From the human T2T-CHM13v2.0 reference genome, Homo sapiens, in NCBI RefSeq assembly GCF_009914755.1, contig NC_060929.1: a stretch of 64,000 nucleotides of DNA, one strand, 5' to 3'. This document shows positions 14,350 to 30,713 of this stretch, one piece after another. A model generated the notes under the pieces. It did no database searches. It saw only the letters and a program-made list of their open reading frames with translations, and was not told the origin of the DNA. Numbering within the stretch: the stretch's first letter is position 1; every line of letters begins with the position of its first letter. The position numbers were made by a program, and so were the translations under genes.

Positions 14350-17300
14350 ATAGTTGACTGTCAATACATGAATTTATTTCTGGGTTCTTGCTTCTGTTCC
14401 ATTTGTATATACAAATACCATGGTGTTCTGGTTACTTTAGCTTAGTAGTAAATTTTGAAGTAGTAACTTTTTACTGTTGGCTTAGGATTGCCTTAGATAT
14501 TTGGAGTCTTTTGTGGTACCATACAAATTTTAGGCATTTTTTTTTCTATTTCTGTGAAGGATACCACTGGTATTTTGATAGGGGTTGCATTGGTCTGCAG
14601 ATCACTTTGACTATTATGGTCACTTTGACAATATTAATTATTCTAATTCTTGAACTTCAGTTTTTTGAGTCTTCAATTTCTTTCATCAGTGTTTTGTGGT
14701 TTTAATTATAGAAGTCTTTTACATCCTTGGTTAAATTAAGTACCAGGTATTTTAATTTTTATAGCTATTGTAAATATCCTGCTTTCTTAATGTCCCTTCA
14801 GCTAATTTGTTATTGGTATATAGAAATGCTACTGATTTTTGTATGTTCGTTTTTATCTTGCAACTTTACTGAATTTATCGGTTCCAAAAGACTTGGTGGA
14901 GTCTCTAGGTTTTTCTATATATAAGAAAATGTCAGCTGTAACGAAAGACTATATGACCTTCCAATTGTTAATTTGGATGTCCTTTATTTATTCATACTGC
15001 CTAATTACTCTGGTTAGGACTTCCAGTACTGTGCTGAATAAGAGTGGTGAAAGTGGGCTTTCTTATCTTTTTCCAGTTCTTAGAGGGAATACTTTCATCT
15101 TTTCCCTATTCAGTATGATGTTTACTGTGGGGCTTGTCATGAAGAAGTCATGTTTCCTTGCTTTTTCATGTTTCTTATGTGCCTATGTTAACATCTGTAC
15201 ATCTAATGGAACAGTCATTTAACCCAGTTTTATGGAGTAGCTTTCAGAGGGAAAGACTTTTTCCCCATATAGATTGTCTGTCCTATAGTGTTGGTGGGGT
15301 AAAGTGCTTTAACTTTGGTTCTGGCTAGGAACAGTAGTGTAACGTCTATATAAGTTTTTCAGCTTTTTCAACATTAGCAGTCTCTGCAAATAACCCAGTG
15401 GTATAGGCAGTTAGTTCTTGTTTGTGGAAGCTGTGGTGTGGCTGTGCTGGAGGCGATGATGCTGGGGAAACTAGTTTCCGGGTCCCTGTGTGGTTGGTGT
15501 ATGAGGGTGCATGGTGGTTCTACTACAAAGGCAATGGAGTCATGAGTGGTGGCAGCATCAGGCTGTCAGGCTAGTTTTTTTCCCTTGCCCATTTTTTAAT
15601 AAATTTATTTGTAGTAGTTTTTACATTCTAGTTTTTAATATTTCTGAATATTAACCATTATCAGACATGTGGTTTGTATTTTTTTTTTCTATTCTGTAGG
15701 TTACCCTTTCACTGTGCTCTTTATTTTGCTGCATGGAAGTTTAATGTTTTTAGTTTGATACAGTCCCATATATCTATTTGCTTTTGTTACCTGTGCTTTT
15801 GGTGTTATTTACAAGAAATGTTTTTTACAAATCCAGTGTCATGAAGGTTTTCTCTACATTTTTTAAGAATTGTTTTTATATCTTGATGTTTTACATAAAG
15901 ATCTTTAATACATTTTGATTTAATATTTGTATATAGTGGTAGGTAGGGGTCCAATTTTATTCTTTTGCATGTGGATATCGAGTTTTCTGAACCCCATTTG
16001 TTTGAAAAGACTATTAGTTCGCTGCTTGGTATTCTTGGCACCCTTATATAAGGTAATATACTGGAGGGCTTATTTCTGGACACTGTCTTTGGTTCCATTG
16101 GTCAGTATGTCTTTCTTTATGCCACTATGAGGCTGCTTTGACTTACTGTAGTTTTATAATATGTTTTATAATTAGGACATGTGAGGCTTTCAATTTTGTT
16201 TTTCATTCTTGAGATTGCTTTCATATTCAGTGGCCTTTGAGATTCCATGTGAGTTTTAGGATTTTTTTATATTTCTGTAAAACATAGCATTGGGATTTTG
16301 TTAGACACTGCATTGAATCTGTAGATGTTATTAAGTAGTATGGCCATTTTAACAATAGTAAGTCTTCCAATATATAACCATGGGATGTCTTTCCATTTAT
16401 TTGTGACTTCTTTAATTACTTTTAGCAATATTTTGTAGTTTTAAGTGTATGACTCCTTCACCTCATTGGTTAAGTTTATTTCTCAGTATTGTATTCTTTT
16501 TGGTGCCATTATAATGTGTTTTCTTAATTTCCAGATTGTTCATTGTGTGTGTATATAAATGCAACTGACTTTTATGTGTTGATTTAACATCCTGCAAATT
16601 TGCTAAAGTTATTTTCTGGTTCTAACTTTTTTTAATCTTTAGGATTTTCAACATATAAAATTATGTCATCTGTTAAGAGATAATTTTACTATATCCTTTC
16701 CAATTTGGATGAATTTGATTTATTTTTTCTTGCCTGATTGCTTTGGTTATTCAAGTACTATGTTTAATTACCATGGGAATTACATAAAAGATCTTACCAT
16801 TATAACACCATATGTTAAGCTAAAAACAACTTAAATAGCATACAAAAGCTCTCTATTTATCCCCCTGCTCCACTTAGTTATTAATATCACAAGTTACATC
16901 TATTTATATTGTGTACTAATTAACATAGTTTTATTGTAATACTTATTTTTATGCTTTTATATTTACATTCTATCCTAGGATTAAAAGTGATTTGTCTACC
17001 ATCATTACAGTATCACAGGGTTTTTGATTTGTCTATATATTTACCTTTACCAGACAGCTTTCTGTTTTTATATGCTTTTAGTTGCTACCTGGTGTTCTTC
17101 CATTTCAATGTAAAGAACTCCCTTTAGGATTTCTTGTAAGATGTGTCTAGAGCAAATGAATTTTCTTGGCATTTGTTTTTTGGGAAAATCTGTATTTCTT
17201 CTCCATTTTTAAATGACAGTTTTGATGGATGTAGTCTTCTTGGTTGGCAGGATGATATGCTTTGACTTTGTCTCCACCCAAATCTCATCTTGAATTGTAC

Positions 17301-17870
17301 CTCCCATAATTACCACGTGTCATGGGAAGGACCTGGTGGGAAGTAATCGAATCATGGGGGTGGTGGGGGGGGTCTTTCCCATGCTGTTCTTGTAATAGTG
17401 AATAAGTCTCATGAGATCTGATGGTTTTACAAAGGGGAGTTCCCCTACACAAGCTCTCTTGACTGTTGTCATGTAAGGCTTGACTTTGCTCCTCATTTGC
17501 CTTCCGCAATGACTGTGAGGCCTCCCTAGCTATGTTGATCTGTGAGTCAATTAAACCTCTTTCCTTTATAAATTATCCAGTCTTAGGTATGTCTTTATTA
17601 GCAGCATGAGAACAGACTAATACACAGAGTTGTTTAAATTTTGTTTTTTGAGTTCTTTTATTTTTGTCCTTTTAGCCTTTAGAATATATTGCCTCATTGT
17701 CTTCTGGCCTCTAAGATTTCCATTGAGAAATCCATTGATAATATTAGAGGAACTCCCTTGTAGTTGATGAGTTGCTCTTCTCTTGATGCTTTCAAGATCC
17801 TCTTTTTGACTTTTTGACTGTTTGCTAATAACTCAATAAGGGCATTTTTTTTGTTTTATAGTTCGAGTTC
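14350..17870 (-). mobile_element. Cluster of old L1M fragments (ORF2 and upstream parts, at least two elements)
   Basis: Antisense L1 ORF2 sequence (aataagagtggtgaaagtggg, ttccaatttggatg); ORF 15805..16098 gives KRIKLDPYLPLYTNIKSKCIKDL; 14480-15030 and 16140-16770 cover overlapping consensus positions; interrupted by THE1. Confidence 0.85.
17253..17624 (+). mobile_element. THE1 (MaLR) solo LTR inserted in L1
   Basis: tgatatgctttgactttgtctccacccaaatctcatcttgaattgt...tttattagcagcatgagaacagactaataca. Confidence 0.93.
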
Positions 17871-17932
17871 ATTGTGTCTCTTTTATATGAAAAAAAGAGA
17901 ATGAGAACAAGAGCAAGACTGAGATCAAGAAA

Positions 17933-18005
17933 GCAAGAGTGAGAGAGAGAGCAAGAGTGAGAGAGAGAGAGCAAGAGTGAGAGAGAGAGCAAGAGTGAGA
18001 GAGAG
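17933..18005. repeat. Compound tandem repeat (GCAAGAGT(GA)n) x4
   Basis: Four 18-20 bp units seen directly; (AAAT)n follows at ~18037-18060. Confidence 0.9.
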
Positions 18006-18239
18006 AAGAGCACCATGGCATGAAGGCCAGAAAGCAAAATAAATAAATAAATAAATAAAAACCCCACGTAATTTTAAGTGGTAGGTTTGGAAAATTCATA
18101 AAAGAGCTTCAGGCATATTGATATGATGATAATGAAATTGATAAGTAGTAGGCAGTTAAGGTTTGAGAATCATATCCTCCAAAGTATCACCAGCTTAGAC
18201 CAAAATATACCGTAACTTTCAAGACATAAAATGAATCTT

Positions 18240-19232
18240 GGGTCCTCATGGCTTATAGACAAGAAGTAAGCTGAAAAAGATTCTCAGATTCCTTGGAGAC
18301 ATTTTCACTTATGCCTTATCACATGAGTCCAGGGGAAATCTGGAGGAAGAGAGGACTTCCTGGAACCATGGAGAACAAGCAAATGGGGAGCTGCTCTCAG
18401 TGAAAATAGAACCAGGGCCCATTCAAGGGGAACCTCCCATTGTCATAGTAGGGAATACTCATCACATCTGTGAAGGGGATTTCTGAATTTCTATGGGCCT
18501 GTGACTTCTGTGGGGGTCACACTTTTTCCTTCTCTGAATATGAGTGCAATCTTACACTTATTCCCTCATGGTTTAATTCAACTAACTTTCCTTTTGAGAC
18601 CATAAGTCACTAGATTAAGAAGGGCCACATGCTTATCTGATGTGAGACATTTGCAGATTACTCTGTAATAAAGAGACCTCTGCACATTGTCCAAAGATCC
18701 TGTACTTTGAGATTGCTAGCATGACCCGATCAAAATTTTGGATTGTCTTCATTGAAGTGGGAATGAGTGTATCTCTGTGAATGGAAAGGAGAGTAAACAA
18801 CATGGACAACAGAAGGTAGCCTGCCATTATTCCATTCACCAAATGAAACTGTTCCATTCACCAAATATTTCCACCTTTCATTCTGGGAAAAAAGATAGAA
18901 TGGCATGTCACAGTTATTTTGGTGTCAGATGTGCCCAGAAGACTAGCAATGTCCCAATAATGTGTGAGCAGATGTACCAGATACTATTTATAGGTGGAAA
19001 CTCTAAGAGCCAGTGGGGATTTCTTGTACTCTATTCTTCCCTATGATAATAATGTTACAGATGGCAGCTGCTCCCTCATCTGGTGCCCAAAGTAGACCCA
19101 AGTGGAGAGGGACCAAGCTGACTATCCTGTAAATCTAGCTGGAATGGAAAAATACATATTTTTTTCTTTTAAGCTAATGAAATGTGTAGGCTGATGTTTC
19201 ATCAGCATCAGCTAGCTTATCTTTATGAATAT
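18240..19232 (+). mobile_element. Old MLT1 MaLR: internal 3' segment plus LTR
   Basis: LTR-like 18850-19232 (aatgtgtgagcagatgt...ctctaagagccagtg...cttttaagctaatgaaatgt...cagcatcagctagcttatc); purine-rich internal-like segment upstream. Confidence 0.55.
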
Positions 19233-19282
19233 ATAAAGTTAATTTTAATTTAAAAACTTGTAATTTTTATTTTTTGTTTCTT

Positions 19283-20147
19283 TCTTTTTTTTTTTTTTTT
19301 TTTTTTTTACCAACTTTAAGTTTAGGGGTATGTGTGCAGGATGTACAGGTTTGTTACATAGGTAAACGTGTGACATGGCGGTTTGCTGCACAGATTATCC
19401 CATCACCTAGATATTAAGCTCAGCATGCATTAGCTATTCTTCCTGATGTTCTCCCTACTCTTTTTCTCCCATCCCTCACTCTCCAACAGGTTCCAGTGTG
19501 TGTTGTTCCCCTCGATGTGCCCATGTGTTCTCATCATTCAGCTCCCACTTATAAGTTAGAACATGCAGTATTTGGTTTTCCCTTCCTGCATTTGTTTGCT
19601 GAGGCTAACGGCCCCCAGCTCCATCCATGCCTCTGCAAAGGACATGATCTCATTCCTTTTTATAGCTGCATAGTATTTCATGGTGTATATGTACCACATT
19701 TTCTTTAAGCAGTCTCATTGCTGGGCTTTTAGGTTGGTTCCATATCTTTGCTATTGTGAAAAGTGCTGCAATGAACATATGGGTGCACGTATCTTTATAA
19801 TAGAATAATTTGTATTCCCTTGGGTATATACCCAGTAATGGAATTGCTGGATTAAATAGTATTTCTACATCTAGGTCTTTGAGGAATTGCCACATTGTCT
19901 TCCACAATGGTTGAACTAATTCACACTCCCACCAACAGTGAAAAAGCATTCCTTTTTCTCCACAATCTTGCCAGCATCTGTTTTATTTTGACTTTTTAAT
20001 AATAGCCATTCTGACTGGTGTGAGATGGTATCACAAAATACATCATTGTGGTTTTGATTTGCATTTCTCTAATGATCAGTGATGTTGAGCTTTTTTTCAT
20101 GTTTGTTAGCCACATGCAAAAGCAGGCAAAGGACATAAACAGACACT
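19283..20147 (-). mobile_element. L1PA 3' end with short 5' inversion
   Basis: Poly-T 19283-19308, L1PA 3' UTR and ORF2 C-terminus (ORF 19650..19949 HCWWECELVQPLWKT); 20118-20147 is L1 in the opposite orientation. Confidence 0.92.
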
Positions 20148-20610
20148 AATAAACTTTAGTTTTTGAAGCAGTTTTAGGTCTACAGAAAAATTGAGCAGAA
20201 AGTAGAGTTGCTAGAAACCCTCTCACTACTTGGTTTTCCCTATTACTAATATCTTGTGTTAGTGTGGTACATTTGATACAATTGATAAGGTAATATTTAT
20301 ACCTTAAAATTAACTGAATTCCATAGTTTACAATAGGGTTCAGGATTTGTGTTGCATATTGTATGCGTGAATGTATGACGTATGACAAATGTATGGCATG
20401 TATCTGCTATTTCTTACAGAATAGTTTAGCTGTTCTGAAAATTCCCAGCACTCCACATATTCATCACTTTCTCACCCCTGCCTCCAACCCCTTGGAAACC
20501 ACTGCTCTTTTTTACAGTCTCCGTAATTTTCCCTTTTCAACATTTAGTGAAAATCATACAGTATGTTGTCATTTCAACTTAGATTTTTCACCTTACATAT
20601 GCATTTAATG
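20148..20610 (-). mobile_element. L1MC-like 3' UTR fragment
   Basis: agcagttttaggtctacagaaaaattgagcagaaagtagag...tagtgtggtacatttgatacaattgat. Confidence 0.7.
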
Positions 20611-20757
20611 AATACTTTTTATTAAAGTAGAGCCATCCATAATTACCCGACCAAAAAGAAACAAATGGTTTTTAAGATTACCTAGAAATTGTTTGTTTTT
20701 TCTTACATAACCAGATTAACAGTTATGAATATTTTCTAATTTCTTAAATCAAAGGAG

Positions 20758-20789
<32 letters not shown>

Positions 20790-20790
<1 letters not shown>

Positions 20791-22410
20791 ACTGTTTTTA
20801 TCCATTCATTGATCAATGCACACTTAGGTTGGTTCCATATATTTGTAATTGTAAATTGTGCTGCAATAAGTATATGCATGCAGGTGTATTTTTTATATAA
20901 TGACTTATTTTCCTTTGGGTTTATACCCAGTAATTGGGTTACTGTATCAAATGGTAGAGCTACTTTCAGTTCTATAAGAAAACTCCATACTGTTTTCCAT
21001 AGAGTTTGTACTAATCTGCGTTCCCACCAGCAGTGTATAAGCGTTTTCTTTTCACCACATCCATGCCAACATCTGTTGTTTTTTGAGTTTTTAATAGTGG
21101 CTATTCTTGCAGTAGTAAGTAGGTATTTTATTGTGATTTTAATTTGTATTTCTCTGATGATTAGTGATGTTGAGAATTTTTTCATATGTCTGTCGGCCAT
21201 TTTTTTATCTTCTTTTGAGAAATATCTGTTCATGTTACCTGTCCACTTTTTGATGGGATTGTTTTTTTCTTATTGAGTTGCTTGTAGATTCTAGATATTA
21301 GTCCTTTTTTGGATGTATAATTTGCAATTATTTTCTCCCATTCTGTGGGCTGTCTGTTTGCCCTGATGATTATTTCTTTTTTTCACTTTTATTTTAAGTT
21401 CAGGGGTACAAGTGCAGCTTTGTTACATACATAAACTTTCTTCATGGGGGTTTGTTGAATAGATTATTTCATCACTCAGATATTAAACCTAGTACCCATT
21501 AGTTATTTTTCCTGATCCTCTTTCTTCTCTCACCCTCCACCCTCTGAAGGGGACCAGTGAGTGTGTGTTGCTCCCCTCAGTATGTTCATGTGTTCTCATC
21601 ATTTAGCTCCTACTTATAAGTGAGGACATATGTATTTGTTTTTCTGTTCCTGTGTTACTTTGATAAGGGTAATGGCCTCTAGCTCCATTAAATGCCCCCA
21701 AAACAGACACATAGACCAATGGAAGAGAACATAGAACTCAGAAATAAGACTAAACACCTACAACTTTGATCTTCCACAAAGCTGACAAAAACAAGCAATG
21801 AGGGAAAGGATTGCTTATTTAATAAATGTTTCTGGGATAACGGGCTAGCCACATGCAGAAGATTAAAACTGGACCCCTTCCTTACACCATATGCAAAAAG
21901 CAACTCAAGATGGATTAAACACTTAAATGGAAAACTCAAAACTATAAAAACCCTGGAAGACAACCTAGGCAACACCATTCAGGACATAGGCACGGGCAAA
22001 GATTTCATGATGAAGATGCCAAAAGCAATTCCCACAAAAGCAAAAACTGACAAATGGGATCTAGTTAAACTAAAAAGCTTCTGGTTATTATTTCTTTTGC
22101 TGTAACGAAGTTTTAATTAGGTACCTTTTATTAATTTTTGTTTTTGGGGGTCTTGGTCATGGTTTCTTTGCCTAGACCAATGGCCAGAAGAGTTTCTACT
22201 AGGTTATTTTCAAGAATTTTTACAGTTTCAGGTCTCAGATTTAAGTCTTTGATTTATTTTGAATTGAGTTTTCTATAAGGTGAGAGATACGGATCCAGTT
22301 TTAATCTTCTGCATGTGACTAGCCAATTTTCCCAGCTCCATTTATTAAATAGGGTGTCCTTTCCCCAATGTATGTTGTATGCTTTGCCAAAGACTAGTTG
22401 ATTGTATTTT
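20790..22410 (-). mobile_element. L1PB-like ORF2 3' part, host to a nested L1
   Basis: ORF 20736..21233 gives ORF2 C-terminus ([19 protein letters not shown]); resumes at 22099 after the nested insertion; preceded by (GATA)/(GACA) repeat. Confidence 0.9.
21381..22086 (-). mobile_element. Nested L1PA with inverted 5' segment
   Basis: 3' UTR on minus strand 21381-21688, ORF2 piece on plus strand ~21700-22084; TSD attatttctttt at 21369-21380 and 22087-22098. Confidence 0.9.
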
Positions 22411-23639
22411 TGCTCTTTATAAATTACCGACTCTAAGATACTTTGTTATAACAGCTCAAATATATGCTAAAAATGCCTAAAGCATGGATTCACACATACT
22501 CGCTATTTATTAAATAAATATAATCATACATCTACAACACAGGTCAACACACAACAGAAGCCCCTATGAGATACTATCACTGGCCTAAATTTTGTATTAA
22601 TCATTTCCTTTAAAAAATCCCATGGTTATTAATCTCTAAATTATAATGCCCAGTAGTGCATTTTTGCATTTTATATGAATGTAAGTATAATGCTTGTTCT
22701 TCAGCAACTTGCTTCTAAACTTGCTTCAATAGTATATTTGTGAAATTCATTCATGTAATTGAATTTAGCTATATATTATTTGTTTTCATTGTTAGGTGAT
22801 ATTTTCTGACTATGTAACTGACATCTTTTAATGCATGTTAAATGCCATTTAGTAGACATTGTCATAAACAGACAAAAAATTCTAAAAAGAAATCTGGACC
22901 TGGGAATTACTGACATACAAGCAGTCAATAAAAGCCATGAGTACAGAAAAAATTGCTTGGAAAGAGTGCGTAAAATAAGAGAAGGGTTTGTAGCATTCCC
23001 AGGAAACACCAACAGTTATGAAGGAAACAGAAAGATAAACTTGAAAGGGAGCTGTTAGCAAGAAAGAGAGAATATGAAGAAATAGGATATCAAGAAAGTC
23101 CATGATAATGTGACCATAGAGAAGTGAAGTAAGGACAAAACTGGTATGATTGTTGAATTAGGAGATGTCCAGGGAGTGACTTCACTGGAGTAATGGAGGT
23201 GGGTAATGGCCTAATTTCTGTAGGTTGAGGAGTGTATACAATGACTAGTGAAAATAAGAAGAGATCTATTTTTTTTGAGAAGCTTGCATGTAAGGAGAAA
23301 GAGGAATATAAATTAATAATTGAAGCAGGATATTAAGGTGAGATTTTTTGTTTGTTTGTTTGTTTATAAGATAGAAAAGCCTGGAGCACACTTATGTGCT
23401 GGGGAAAAACCCACTAAAGACAACCAACCATTGTTATGAGGTAAAACTGGATGCATTAGTTCTTTGTAGACAGAAACCACAATATAGACTTAAGCCTCAG
23501 TCTAACAATCACATAGATTATTATTTATTGTCATTTTCATGGATTACTTTCTAAAAAATTGAGATTTCTTCCAATCTAAATACTAAATAGTCATTTAAAT
23601 TTTCAGCATTTTGATTTAGTGATCCTCTCCTGCCTTTTA

Positions 23640-24450
23640 AAAATTTTAAATCAACTTTATTGAATTATCCTTTACATAAGCTAAAATTTATTAATTTTAT
23701 GTAAAATTAGATGAATTTTGGCAAATATATGTAGTTAATTATGTAATGATATAGAACATTCTCACAACATCAAAAGTTCCCTCTCATCCTTTTCAATCAA
23801 TCTATCTACTCCCTACCCTACCTGTCCCTACCCAAGACAATTACTGATCTGCTTTTTATCCATATATGTTTATTATTAGAGAATCCCATGTAAATTAAAT
23901 CATGCAGTATATAGTACATACTCTCTTGTATCTGGCTTCTTTCATTTTCCATGTTGTATGTATCAGCAGTTTGTTCATTATTGATTAGTATGCAATTGAA
24001 TAAATATGCTGCAGTTCGTTTATCCATTTACCAGTTAGAAGGACTTTTGTCATGTTTCCAGTTTCTAGCTGTTACTAATAAAGCTGGAATTAAAATTCAA
24101 ACACAAATCTTTGTATGAACATATATTGCTATTGATCTAGGATAAATATTTAGAATTGCTAGGTTGTATGTTAAGTGTCTAATTTCGTTAAAAAGAACAA
24201 AATTATTTTTCAAGCATTCCCATATGCAATTTATGAGAATTCTAGTTATTCCATATCCACACCATGTGGCTTTGTCAGTCTTTGTAATTTTAGCCATCTA
24301 AAGGTGTATAGGTATGTTGCAGTATATCATTACGGTTTCAATTTTCATTTATATAATGACTAATAATGATGAATGTCTTTCTAAGTGCTTATTTTCCATT
24401 GAATATCTTCCTTGGTAAACTTTTTAATTACCCATTTTTATCACGGTGTA
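23640..24450 (-). mobile_element. Old L1M (MC/ME-like) 3' fragment
   Basis: ttttaaatcaactttattga...tttatccatttaccagtt...tttgtaattttagccat. Confidence 0.7.
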
Positions 24451-24995
24451 GTGGTACAATATTATTTACTAGATATTTTCTTCAGATTTTCTACGTGTTT
24501 ATATAAACTAATTTATGTTTGTCTATGTGTGTACTGTTCTATGCAATTTTATCACATGTAGATTTATCAAGATATAGAACTGTCTCACCTCCAAAAATTA
24601 ACTCTTTATGCTATGTCTCCATAAAAACACCCTTCCCAATCTTGGTAATAAACAGTAATTTTCGAGGAGAAAAAAGTTTTAAATTGTTAATTATTTTCTA
24701 GTTCATGTTTCTTACACTGTATTTAGAAAACTTCTGCCTAACCCAAGATTACTATAAATTTCCCCTGGGTTTTCTTTGAGAAGTTTTTTTTTATCTTATG
24801 ATATATATTCTGTAATGCATTTTGAGTTGAATTTTTTCCTCGAGATATCTTACTCATATTTTTAAATTTATCATTGTGTCTTATATTCTTTATGCTATTA
24901 AAGTATTTTTTTAAATTCTCAATGTCACATAGGTAGAAAATTTTCCTGCAGCACTATCAGTTGTTCGGGACATTTTACAACAGTGTATTTTCATC

Positions 24996-25462
24996 TGTAG
25001 TGAGTTGAATAGTGTCCTCCCCCTAAATTCCTGTCCTCTGTGAAATTAAGAATGTGACATCTAGGAATTAGGAATAAGGGTCTTTGGAGATGTAAATAAA
25101 GATTCTGAGATAAAATCATCCTGGCTTATCTTATCTGGATTCGAAATTCAAAGATGAGTATTTTTATTTGGGAAAGAAGTGAATATACAGAAATACAGAA
25201 AAAGAAGGCCATAAAAAGATGGAAGCAGAGTTTGAAGTGATGTAGCTTCAACCTAAGCATTGCCAAGAACTACCGAAGTCCCTAAAAGCTAGGAAAGAGA
25301 CATAAAGTGGATTTTCCCTTAGACCTTCCCTACAAAAATCAACCCTATTGACCCTTTCATTTCAAACTTCTGCCCTCCAGAACTGTGAGAAAATACATTT
25401 ATGTTGTTTTAAGACACCCAGTTTGTAATAACTATGTATGGCAGTGCTAAGAAACTAACAAA
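24996..25462 (+). mobile_element. MLT1 (MLT1C-like) solo LTR
   Basis: tgtagtgagttgaatagtgtcc...ccagaactgtgagaaaatacatttatgttgttttaag; perfect TSD TCATC at 24991-24995 and 25463-25467. Confidence 0.88.
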
Positions 25463-25543
25463 TCATCTAGCTATAGTGGCAATTTCCTAACAACAACACA
25501 AATTCTGGGTTGCTGAGAGATAAAAGAGTACACAAGGCCTGGG

Positions 25544-25762
25544 TTTTTGTTTTGCTTTTTAGAGATAGAGTCTCACTCTCTAGCCCAGGCTGGATTACAG
25601 TGACACAATCAGCGCTTACTGCAGCCTTGACCTCCTAGGCCCAAGCAATTCTCCCACTTCAGACTCCTTTCTAGCTGAGACTACAGGGGCACACCACCAT
25701 GCTTGGCTAATTTAAAAAAAAATTTTTTTTGTAGAGACAGGGTCTCAATATGTTGCCTAGGA
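25544..25762 (-). mobile_element. 5'-truncated AluJ
   Basis: actgcagccttgacctcctaggcccaagcaatt (J-type); TSD core acaaggc on both sides. Confidence 0.9.
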
Positions 25763-26072
25763 TACAAGGCTTGCTCTTAAGTTACAATAAAATAAATATC
25801 ATGAGAGCACAATGGGAAAATTTCAGTCATGTAATAAAAGTGCAACCAGATCTCCTATGTCAAAACTTATAAGGAGGAATTTTATCACTGCAGGATATCT
25901 CTCCACTGCAAAGTTAATTAATGATTTGAAATATCCTGAAGGCCTCACTCTTTTCCACCAGGAATGTAAAATAACTTCACATTTCAATGAAGTCAATTTC
26001 TCTGTGTTGCTTCTCAAATTCCAATTTTTTCAGGTTTGAAACAAATGCTACTTAATTAGAAGTAGAATTATA

Positions 26073-28774
<2,702 letters not shown>

Positions 28775-28787
28775 TTGATTAGTTTTT

Positions 28788-29750
28788 AAAAACTACAATG
28801 AGATGTCATCTCATCCTGGTAAAACTGCCTTATAACAAAAATATAGGCAATAACAAATGCTGGTGAGAATGTGGAGAAAAGGTGGCCCTTGCACACTGTT
28901 GATGGGAATGGAAATTAGTATAACCACTATGAAGAACAGTTAGGCGATTCCTCAAAAAACTAAAAACTGAGCTACCATGTGATCCATCAATCCCACTGCT
29001 GCATATATACCCCAAAGAAAGGAAATCAGTATATTGAAGTGATATCTGCACTCCTATGTTTGTTGCAACACTGTTTATAATAGCTAAAATTTGGAAACAA
29101 ACCAAGTATTAATCAACAGATGAACGTATAAAGAAAATGCGGTACATATACACAATGGAGGGCTATTCAGCCGTAAAACAGAATGAGATCCTGGGCGACA
29201 AAGTGAGACTCCATCTCAAAAAAAAAAAAAAAAAAAAGAAAAAAGAAAAAGAAAAAAAAAACATAGAATGAGATCCCGTCATTTGCAACAACATGGATTG
29301 AACTGGAGATCGTTAAGTAAAATAAGCCAGGCCAAGGAAGACAAACATCACATGTTCTCATTTATTTGTAGGGTCTAAAAATCAAAACAATTGACCTCAT
29401 GGACATGAGAGTAGAAAGATGCTTACTGGAGGCTGGGAAAGGTAGTGCAGGGCTGGTAGGGAGGTGGGGATAGTTAATGCATACAAAAACAATAGTGAGA
29501 AAGAATGAATAAGACCTACTATTTGATAGCACAATAGGTTAATAATAGCATAATTGTACATATTAAAATAACTTAAAGAGTGTAATTTGATTGTAACTCA
29601 AAGGACAAATGTTTGAGGGGGTAGACACCCCATTTTCCATGATGTGCTTTTTTCACATTGCATGCCTGTATCAAAATATCTCATGTACTCCATAAATACA
29701 TCCAACCACTATGTATCCACAAAAATGTTTAAAAATTAAAATTAAAAGCA
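28788..29750 (+). mobile_element. L1MA-like 3' end
   Basis: ccccaaagaaaggaaatcagtatattgaagtgatatctgcactcc...aagaatgaataagacctactatttgatagcacaatagg. Confidence 0.88.
29190..29264 (+). mobile_element. Extremely 5'-truncated Alu (last ~28 nt plus A-tail)
   Basis: cctgggcgacaaagtgagactccatctc + A tail; TSD agaatgagatcc at 29180-29191 and 29265-29276. Confidence 0.9.
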
Positions 29751-30713
29751 ACAGTTTAAAAAATTAGGATTATATTTTACATACCAGCATCATGTTGTCA
29801 TGTTATGACATCTTTCATCACTGCACATTAAGTTAATTGAATACCTGCCTGTTGGAAACAATTAAAAATCACTCCTTACAAGGACTGTTTTTTAAACTGT
29901 AAGATTATTAGAAAGGATAGTTATGATAAAATTATTATTGAAAGATAAAACTGAATACTGCTAATGTATTACTAAAAGTTGATATTGAATCAACTCTTTT
30001 TTCAATTATCCTCTTGCTTGCTTTCCTCTTTCTTCACTATTTGGCACCAGAGCAGTCAGGATCCAGTGCAGGCTAACACCAGGGTCCTGAGGCTGCACAA
30101 ATCCAAATGTGGGTAAAGATTTAAACAGCTATTTTCAGGCCACCAACCTATGGTTGTCAAGTAATAATAATAGGTATTCTGTACCTCAGACCTTCCAAAG
30201 TTTGTTCTCTGTACGAGAAAAAAAGGGAAAAGGGAAAAAAGAATAAAGATTATAATAACAAAAATTCAGAACACTAACACCACCAAATCCTGATAATACA
30301 AAACAATAGGAACTCTCATTCATTGTTGGTGAGAATAAAAAACAGTGAACACACTTTGGAAGACAGTTTGGTGTGCTCTTATATTAATAAAACAAAATAA
30401 ACTTTTGTGATATGATTCAGCAATAGCCACCCTTGTTATTTACCTAAGGGAGTTGAAAATTTATATGTCCACACAAAAACCTGAAAATAAATGTTTATGG
30501 CAGCTTTGTTCATAATTGCCAAAACTTGAAGCAACCAAGAAACCCTTCAGTAGGTAAATAGATAAGTAAGCCATGATATATTCAGACAATGGGATATTAT
30601 TCCACCCTAAAAAGAAATGAGCTAACAAGCCATGAAAATACATGAAGAACTTAAATGGATATAAGTGAAAATAATCAATCTGAAAACATCTACTTTCTGT
30701 ATGATTTCAACTA

